From assembly GCA_045837725.1 (NCBI GenBank), contig JBEWZL010000278.1:372001-436000 (forward strand): 64,000 nt of DNA, given 5' to 3'. Positions within the stretch are counted from its first letter, which is position 1; every line of letters starts with the position of its first letter. Source of the stretch: Vermamoeba vermiformis. Taxonomy: Eukaryota. A program made the position numbers and the translations under genes. Shown one piece after another: positions 54,663 to 64,000 of this stretch. The notes beneath the pieces are model-generated. The model was given only the letters and a program-made list of their open reading frames with translations, did not search any database and was not told the DNA's origin.

Positions 54663-57600
54663 ATGGATGCAACATCGACCACTCCGGTAAAGCCTGAGGA
54701 AAAGGAGGCTATTACATATGCTTTTTCTATGGAGAGTAAGCTTGGATTCGGATGCAAAAAAGGTTTTCGCAAATAATAATTTTTGAATAAATAGTCTTGC
54801 CTAGAATTAAGGCTTCACAATTACAAAATGGTCTCAGACACGGAGATTATCAACGATACAGGTAAAATAAAATTATTATTATTGATCAATTAGCAATAAT
54901 TATTTGGACGCCTCTAATAATGATTCTAGATTTTATTGCTCAAAGAGAGTACGTCGTATTAGAAGAGGAATTAAATTTTTGCACGGCAAGCGATTCCACA
55001 AGAAAAATATTGAATTAAAAGACGTGAATGATGTTAGGTAAGATGCGCATAAAAATCTCTCAGCATGTAAACGCGAAAATATGACAAATATGCTATATTA
55101 ATATTTTTGCCGGTTATTTGGCATTTATTACACGAAGACAAACGATGCTGCGATTGAGATCTGCATCTAATTTTCTTTTTTTATTTTAGGTACTTAGAAA
55201 TGGCTCTTATGCTCGCAGAACGAGCTTGGGCATATTCAATGCAATTAAAAGAAGACAGCGAGAAAAATTCTCGAGCAAAATTCCACGCTAACAGGTACGA
55301 TCACATCCAGCGAAATTTTTCAGCGATAAACAAATCCACTAAAATGCTATTATTTTAGAAAATTAAGCAAAGCAGTCAAATGGGGAGATCAATTAGCCAA
55401 ATTATGCGATCACGCAGCTGATGACAAGACAAAATTAGAAGCTCACGTAAGATCTGATACGCAACAAGAAATTTTGTATTATTTTTATTTGGAATATATG
55501 CACTATACTAAATTTATACTGATGATGTCTTTATTAGGCCTATAATGCGTGGTTGAGGGGTATTTTTGAGTTGGAAAACGAAGAGTGGCCTGAAGCAAGC
55601 AAGAGCTTTGTTACCGCAAAGTAAGTAATCGAGTCTTTGCAATAATTTATCGCTTAATAAGGCAATATTGGATTATTCGAGCAAAATTATACTTCAGCAG
55701 CTGCTGCTCGCGAAAAAAATTCGTGTTTCGTGCAGCCAACTTTCAATTACAGCCTACACCTTACAAATAATAGGCTCGGAATAATATAGCAATGTATAAT
55801 ATATAGGACACGAGTACTATATAATAATGATCGTGTGAACTTATCCCATAATAATTTTGAGGCTGACAGTGGACCGAGATCTTAGTCTTGGATCTGCTGA
55901 CTCAATTGAATTAGACGTCTTTTAAAGCAAGGAACGAATTAAGCATGAGGTTCTTGCGTCGGAGGACGACGATATCTATTTTGATTAATGTTAATGTTCA
56001 TCATTTTCTTTTCTTTTTTTGCTACATCCGATCGCGTTTGCTAATTTATTATTTTTTGCTTGCAGGACTATTTATGAACAGTTGGCTAGCGTCAGCAATC
56101 TCGAAGCACAAGATTTGTTCCAACAACGAGTAGAAGAAATTGAAACTAGCATTCGTTACTGCAGCTACAAGATGGGCAAGAAGGAGTCGATCCAAAAGTT
56201 AATCGACAACATTAGCGAAGATCCTGCTGTCATTTCATTGAGAGAAAAGCTCGAGGTACGTTAATACCACAGCACTTTATTAAAACGATGACTAATGTGC
56301 GTGTAGTCTGTTTTGGACAAAGAACGAGGCAAGCAAGCAGATTCGTTGAAAGAAATTAATTGGCGCGAGAAGAGATTGCCCGTTAAGAACGAAAAGATTA
56401 GACTCAATATTGTCGGTGCTCAAGACCTTTCTTCACAAATTGACGGTGCTGAAGGCTTCGATAAGAAGATGAAGCTCTACGATCAAATTTTGGCTAAATA
56501 CAACGACGCCAATCGTTACATTCGCGAAGAATTGACTGCTATGAGCGTAAGTGCACTTTTTTGATGCAACATATTTGAACGAAAAGTTAATCGAGTGGTA
56601 TTAGGGCGGCAATCAAAACAATACCAACACTAAGGGTGCTGGCAAAGAAAGTTTGCAATTGTTGCAAGAATTTGTCGATTTCCATCGATTGGAAAGCACT
56701 GCTGCTCGTAACTTGATGTTGATTGAATCACTCGAGAAGAAATTGGACTCTGTTGCCTTAGGTAACTATTGACTCTAATTACTGGCTCCTATCATAGTCT
56801 TAATATCAATTTCTTAATAGAACTCTTTAACGAGACCAATCCTCGTCCTGAAGGCATTCCTCGCCCCGATGAAGTAAGTGTGACACGTGCACATGAAGTC
56901 GAGTTTGTGCGGTATACTGACGCGTGGTTGTTAGGTTGTTCGCATGTATGACTTGCAGTTGGCGACTAAGAACGAAATGACAGAGCTCGATGAACAATAT
57001 CGCAAGACTACTGGCAACACTGACTCGTTGTTCCCGCACGTCGCTGCAGATCTCGAAGCTTGCAAAGCTGCCAGGTAAGATTTACATTAACAAACTCTTA
57101 TGGACTCCTCTCATGCTTGCCTTTAGAGCTTTGTATGTGGGTCTGTCGTACGTTGACGAGAACAAGTTCGCTGAGGCCACTGCGCTGTTTGACCGTGCTT
57201 TGCAACGATCACAAGAGGCCCGAAAGTTGCACGCTAGCTCGAAGGTTGACGACAACGTAAGTCTTAGAACAACGATATGTGTTATAGCTGGCGAGTCTAA
57301 CTATCATATGTAGGCATTCCTCGCTCGTTTGGACAAGCTCGATCGTAAGGTCCGTGGCTGGAAACCCTTCGTGCACGCCACTTCGTTCCTCGAGACGATG
57401 AAGAAGGTCGAGCCCGAGATGGCTTCCGATGAAACTCCCACTGACGAGACACCCAATGCTGAAGAGGGACACTTGGCCGAAGCTGTAAGTCTTTCCAAAT
57501 AAGGAAAAACCCTTGATCTCTAACATTTTTTTCATCTTAGACTCAAGATGACTTCACGTTCATTGAATTCCCTCCTAAATTGGAAATTATTGCTTGCAAG

Positions 57601-57705
57601 CCTTTGTTATTCGACTTGGCTTTGCAATCAGTTTCATTCCCTGATCTGGAGGAAAAGAAAAAGGCTCCTCGATCTGGTCTGTTCGGATTCTTCAGCAGAA
57701 ACTAG
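54663..57705 (+). CDS. SRP68: Signal recognition particle subunit SRP68, multi-exon
   Basis: [74 protein letters not shown]. Confidence 0.93.
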
Positions 57706-57843
57706 ACAAAGTCATGAAATGCACGCTCGGTGTAAGCTAATCAATAAATGTCGTTATAATATGGGCAACTAGTTAGTCCACTAAAGAAAACTCGGAACTT
57801 GAACCAAAAATTTTAATTTTAACAACGCCCCAAGAACGACACC

Positions 57844-60089
57844 ATGGAGAAGAATGATAAGGTAAGCATATTAATTTGTATTTAACGGTCTTGACTAATC
57901 GCCATGATAATTAGCAAACGAAATTCAAAGTTGGTGATCCCGGGTTACACCAAGTAAGTCTTAATTTTTTTTAAGGCAATCAAAATACCAATAAATATCG
58001 TTGCGCAACGTAGTTGAATATATTAATTTATTGTAATATTTGGAGATTTCTATGGAGAAAGTTGCAGATTCAGTCTTTCGCTGCCAACTCTTGGATTCAA
58101 AGTACTGCGCGTAAGTTACAATAATATATTACCGTTAAATGCACGAGATTTAATTGAGCTCAGAGATTTATGTGGCGAGATCAAGCGCTCGATCAGCTCA
58201 CTTCAAACTCCAGTACGCATAGTTGTTTGCCTTCGTAACCTTTATTTTATTTTAACATTTTACTATCCATAGAATATAGAGCGTATTGAAGCAAGCATTT
58301 TCGGTTTAGATCAAGTTGTCTCCAAAATTGTAGACGCCTTAGTTCCTTCTCTACCCATCGACAAAGCAGATCAAAAACTTGTCCGCGTTAGTTCAGCGTA
58401 TATAACAATTAACAAGGCTATTCGTCCTTCACACAAGCTCTTCCGAACGAATGCCGCTGACTTTATCGTGGACGTTAATCTAGGCGAAGACTTTACTGGC
58501 GGTGAATTGATATGGTTGCACCCTGATTCATATGCGATTGAGGGTAAGTCAGTTCTATGAGTATTTTATTAGCGTAATCGCAGATCTGTATCTTCTTTGA
58601 CGTTCCCAAATTTTTCGGTTAGCATACCGCGAATCACAATTGGATGAAAAAATAGCGAAATTTCGCGTAGTACATCAGATTATCCCAAAATCGTTCGCTT
58701 ATACAAAGCGTGACTAGACTTGTTAATGAGTTTATTAATCGATTCATTTATTTTTAGCGCAAGAAGCTCAGTCTGCGGGCAAAGCACTCATTTACACGGG
58801 CAACAAATTACAAGGAGCTCGTGCAGTGCTGTCAGGTGAACGGTATGCAAGACTTATATTGCGATACTATGATATTAATAGGACGAGTCTAGGGTCAACC
58901 TGATGATCGAGTTAAAGAGGCTCTATTCGTTCCCTCAGTTCAACGAGTTATCGCCGGAGTTAAAGCGATATTTATTGAGATTTTTGGATGTGAAAGGCTT
59001 GTGCGCATTGAGCCAGACTTGTCACGAGATGAAATCCATGGTCTATGCTGCTGACAGCGAGTGGGCCATTCCTGAGGAAGTAAGGACGCTGAAGCGATTA
59101 TAATGGAGTGCTTAATTTCCTTTTTAGGATATTTTCAATCGTGCAGATCTGGTGAAAACCTTCCCTAAGAAAATCGTTCTATCGGACACGCAGCTCAGTA
59201 AATTAATCCAAGAGATCGTTTTCACGGAAAAAACCTATGCCGAATACTTGAAATATCTAAATGAGGTAATTAATGTTCTGCTAACTGCTCTCTCGTCAAA
59301 TTTTATCATTTTTTAACAACCGGATCTGACCTCTTTGCAGCACGCCTTCGCCCCAATATTTGCAGCAGTTCCCGATTTGAACATCAAATACGGTGTGACT
59401 CGTGTGGCTGTACATCGTATGGCCGAAGCGCACGAGAAAATTGCATCAGATTTGCAGTTAATTCATGCTGGAGAGGCTGGGTACGAAGAGTTCTCGATGA
59501 TATCACTGTGCACGATCTATTCATCGTTAGTACGTACATAATATATTAAACATCATGTATATGTATTGTCTAATATATTTACGTTGATTAGTTGGGAGCC
59601 CTGCCTTGTTATTTGGATTACATTGCGCAGTACAACACGCTTCTTGAAATAGCCAAATTGAACGACAAAAAGATTAGCGGCTTCTTAAAGGTATTTTAAA
59701 TAACTTCTTTAATATTAGTAAGTACTATTGACGACTAATTTCTGCTTAGGAATTCCGCGAGCAAGATCCAAGAAAATTGTCATTGGAGGGGTATTTGGTC
59801 ATGCCAGTGAGCCGATTGCCAAGATATAACTTGTTATTTACTGTACGTATATCTCTAGTACTAAAACATCGTTATTAACGTCAAATTATAGCAAATTAAG
59901 CGCAACATCAACACGTTACAAAATGGAGCGGATGTAGAAAAAGCACTAGACCAGCTGCTTGCAAGCATCATCGAGGCTTCATCGGCGCTTAATACCTTGT
60001 TCCATGTTGGTAAGTCGGATTCCGATAAGGACATAGAGGAAGTCGCCAAGATGGTTAAGAAGAGCTCCGGATCTTGCATTATTTTGTAA
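57844..60089 (+). CDS. Degenerate 2OG-Fe(II) oxygenase-like domain + F-box + RhoGEF DH domain + CaaX (CIIL)
   Basis: DFIVDVNLGEDFTGGEL..GARAVLSGERVNLMI; FNELSPELKRYLLRFLDVKGLCALSQTC; IQEIVFTEKTYAEYL and LEGYLVMPVSRLPRYNLL; KKSSGSCIIL*. Confidence 0.8.
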
Positions 60090-60278
60090 ACGTCTTAGGA
60101 GCACAAAACTTGGATATTTACGAGTACTTCTCGCATAAACTTTCTTTGTAACAATATAGATACCTTTTATTGCTAAATTTAGTTTCAATCTTGCGTTGCT
60201 TAAAATGGAATGTTCGGCTCGATTTTCTGGTGGCTTTATGTGCATTAGAAACAATTATTTTCTTGTGTCCCCTTGCAT

Positions 60279-63200
60279 ATGATCAACACAATGCATATGC
60301 TGAAGGTATTGATGTTGGTTATCGTTGCCACCGCTCTTCTAGGGGCTGTGACTGCGGATCCCTGTCAAATCTCTCCCAAATACGTCGGATTTGACAAGCG
60401 AGTCTTTGCTTCATTGGACACGTACGAAAAAAATACTAAAATAATTATGGCACTAATCGACGTTCAGTTTGATTTCTTGCTTCAATGCAATCCCAGCTGA
60501 TCAAAGCAGAATCTCGTCTACGATCTCTGTACTTCGCCAATTAGTCGATTTATATTCATTTACCGATATCCTAAAGGCTGATTTGGCTCCTTGGCATATG
60601 AACGTAAGTAAATGAATTCCTCAAGCAAATAGAAAACTGATCAAAATTCAGATCGACTTGAATGCTCGTCTTGATGAGATTTCAAAGAAGAATTATAACA
60701 ACGATTATGACTTCCATTCAGGTAAAATAATGATCGTTTTAAAATGGGACTGGCTGTCGATCTAACGGTCTCCTTTTTTTCAGATCTCAACCGTTTATTC
60801 AATTCGCTGAATGATGCTCATACTATGTATTATCCTCCTTATCCTTATAGCCTTTGCTATGGATTTAAGCCATTTATGTTATCCGCAGCCGTAGAGAATG
60901 GAACCACAGTTCTCCGCTTGCAACAAAACAGTAAGATCTGGTCTTAAAACTTCAAACAAGGAATTATAACTAACAATATTATTATAGAGGTGCTTTCTAC
61001 TCTCGGATTATCAGGCTATTTTAATTGGCCCTATACTGTTTCGGCGTATTACGACGCTGAAGTGCTTGCCATCAACGGTCATACTCCCAGCGATTATTTA
61101 ATGGTAAAAATATTATAATAAATCGTTAATATTATAATTTATGCCTAATTTAATATTATAGGGCTATTCTAAGCATGTTGGAACTTACAAAGATCCGCAA
61201 GTCCGATTCAACTCCTTATTCGGCGAATATGGCTGGGGTCTTATTAATCCATTCACTTTTCAATTCCAAGACGTAGAAGCAGAGCATATGATTGTTACTA
61301 CGGGCACTGGCAATATAACTTTGAACATTCCAGTCATTGCTGTTTGCCAAGCTGTTTTCAATGGCCTTGAAACTGTCGAGAAACTGTTGAATACTGTAAG
61401 TATATATATGATATTATATAGAATATTGCAATAAGACCCAATGTTATTAATAATTCACATTGAATGTTGCTGGATCCGATCAGGTCACATGTTTACAAAA
61501 ATGGAAATTATAATTTCCCTTTAATGAAATTAGCACCATATATAGCAAATTGATCTAACATTATTATTAGCCTATTGTGCCTAATAACGGCAAGAGATAT
61601 ACGGATGATGAGACGACTTCAGTGGTTCAACCCGACATCCACCAAGAAATTCGCGAGCGCGTTCATGAAATTAAAGTTAAGACTGAAGAAACTACTCAAG
61701 AAGAGGAAAAAGAAATTTCAAATGAAGAACGCGAGGCTAAGATTCATGAACAAGTGAGAACTATGGTCGACACCGGATGCACCACGGCAATTTATGATTG
61801 GTCACTTGATAACTCGATCGAGTTCCGTGCTTTTTGTGACAAGAGTACGTTATTTCCAAATAAGGAAATTTAATCCATTTCCAACGCTAAACTTCGTTTT
61901 TGCAGACAAAAATATCATTCCCGTGTTGAAGGTTGCGACATTTGCACCGAAGAAATTTGACGCTTTTATCAACGTTCTTTCGGTCTATAAGAACGTCATT
62001 GCCGCCTATAAATGGGAATATCTTATTGTAGATGTCAGCGGCAACGGGTACGTGAGATTATGACATGAAAAGTATGCGTGTCACATCGACTAACTTTTGA
62101 CTTTTCATACAGTGGTGGTGTACTGTGCTTCTCAATGCTTTTGCAAGGCTTGTTGGCTGAAGAATTAGCTCACAGTACGTGCTATATTAATATAGCGTTA
62201 GTATCATTCGGTTGAATAATTTTTTTTTGCAGCATCGCTTGACGGTGAAGTTTTGTGGAGACCTTTCAACTTGCGCAAATCTGACTTGATGACTAACTAT
62301 TACACGGTAAGTTGACACCCCAAAATGGAAATTACACTGTAATTGCATTTACGTGGATTTGTTTGATCGGATCCAATTCCATGAAAATCTAGGAAGAGTA
62401 TTGATGACCATAATATTATAGAGTGATGGAGTATACGACTTGGACTCAGATTACATGAACATTAACACTGGCGCTATTGAAAGCCCTGAAACGTTCTACC
62501 AAAAGACCGTTGACGTGCAATACGGTGCAGTGAAATCACAAGTCACGGACTTCATTTACTTCCCTGCCTCGTGCAAACAAATGGTGCTCGACAACAACTT
62601 CCCACGTGTCAAGTTCTGGCCCAAGCACGTGATGGTCTTGACGGACGGTACTTGCGGCAGTGCCTGCGCGCAGTTTATTTCCAAAATGACGCAAAATAAC
62701 CGCGCGTTGGTCGTCGCTCTCGGTGGTTACTTGACGAACAGCACTGACGCGGTAAGTTTGTTTGAACGTACTTTGACGACTGTTCTAACGGGTAGTAGAT
62801 GCGTACTGGCTCGTTCCCTGGTGGTAATGTGGTCGAGTTGCCGGGCAGTGCTCAAAGCATATTGCCAAGCTTGACTACTTTCAAGACATCCGCAAGTACG
62901 TACCTCAAAAATGACACGTGTCAACATGTCAAAGTTTTCTAGATCCAATCCAAATTATCTTGAATCGAAAACTTTAACATATACTAATGGTATTGGTATA
63001 ATAGAGGCTCGTTTTAATATGCACCAAGGATTCAACAATTTGGCGTCCAAGTTGCCGCTTGAATTTGATTATGACGCGTTTACTCCTAACGTGACTTTGA
63101 AGCACTGGCAATCCTCGTCATCGAGTCAAGTTGTGATTGGCTTGACTGAGTTGTGGACTAACGTAAGCTTTGCAAAAATTTATCGCGTTCAGTGAAAAGG

Positions 63201-63506
63201 ACTTACACGTTTTTAGTTCACGCAGCCGTACGTGTTGTTGCCTCCTATTGCGAATACCGATCCGTTTAATATTACTATTACTCCTCCGCCACCTCATCCG
63301 TTCAGACCTACTTGGAGATGTAAGCTACAAAGACCTTTTTTGAATTTTCATCCAAAAGATCCAGATCTAATTTTCGTTTAGTCTGGGTCATCATCGGAGC
63401 AGTCGGTGCTGTTGTTATTATTATTCCTGTAGTTATTATTCTCGTCAAGAGAAGAAACAGAAGAAATAATCCTGAGTATAGAAAACTTATCAATCCGTCA
63501 GCGTAA
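60279..63506 (+). CDS. Membrane-anchored S41-family (CPAF/fungal-type) peptidase, multi-exon
   Basis: Signal peptide; FNSLNDAHT, LIVDVSGNGGG, VLTDGTCGSACAQF, SFPGGNV; C-terminal TM and YRKL tail. Confidence 0.8.
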
Positions 63507-63700
63507 GGAACGGATCTGGTAAAGTAAGGATTCTAATATCGTTCTGTTTTATAAAGTATGATCTATATTTAATATGTCCGTAACAGATTTCGTTCCGGCG
63601 AAACAATTTTATCGCCGATCGGAATAAAAGAAGTTACGTACACCGATTTTGTTTGCTTACAAATCTCTGTGTTTATTAGTTTGTTTTACTACAAGCATAC

Positions 63701-64000
63701 ATGATGCTATTGTATATACTTTTTACCGCCGCTGCCTTGTTAGCTGCGTGGATTTGGTTGAAGCATCCGACCCCAAAGAGCAATGCTTTTCCTCAATTGG
63801 CTCTTCCTCCTCGTCTTACCTTCGGCGAGATATTCTCTATTATGAAGACTGCAGCCAACACTAAGAACGGCTTTTTCGACGTTGTTCAAAAGAAGTACGG
63901 AGATCTTGTCTGGATAAGAGTTCCTTTTTGGAGCGACATTGCTTTATTCACCAGCCCTGAATATGCCAAGACTTTCTTTGCTGCCAAAGAAGCCGATTTT
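63701..64000 (+). CDS. Cytochrome P450, N-terminal fragment (runs off the window)
   Basis: MMLLYILFTAAALLAAWIWL anchor, Pro-rich hinge, QKKYGDLVWI, SPEYAKTFFAAKEADF; heme motif lies outside the window. Confidence 0.6.
   Translation, partial: MMLLYILFTAAALLAAWIWLKHPTPKSNAFPQLALPPRLTFGEIFSIMKTAANTKNGFFDVVQKKYGDLVWIRVPFWSDIALFTSPEYAKTFFAAKEADF

Overview
Gene-dense, intron-rich eukaryotic nuclear DNA. Introns are short AT-rich GT-AG with CTAAC/CTAAT branch points, and intergenic gaps are often only 100-400 bp. The organism is most likely a free-living protist, probably amoebozoan (inference from the divergent beta-tubulin and gene content). About 29 protein-coding genes can be assembled by hand-splicing. 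Recognisable ones: BROX, FRA10AC1, beta-tubulin, TNFAIP8-like, Arf-like GTPase, UBXN4, SCCPDH, TGL2-like lipase, SMYD, GT15 mannosyltransferase, M43 protease, UQCR11/QCR10, EXO84, SRP68, S41 protease and a P450 start. The standout is a single spliced gene of at least 2,501 aa at 30543-38447 (-). It encodes a degenerate FAS-type starter acyltransferase, a complete C-A-T NRPS module, a cysteine-nucleophile thioesterase, and an Acg-family nitroreductase split by a long proline-rich insert. The apparent frameshifts between its ORFs are canonical 55- and 58-nt introns. Other notable items: a six-repeat beta-flower-like protein missed by the ORF track, a pseudo-2OG-oxygenase/F-box/RhoGEF/CaaX fusion, a U12-type intron, a MITE inside an intron, a 12-bp palindrome in four separate introns, and an in-frame TGA before a zinc ribbon in the SMYD gene. 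All family assignments come from motif recognition, not database searches.
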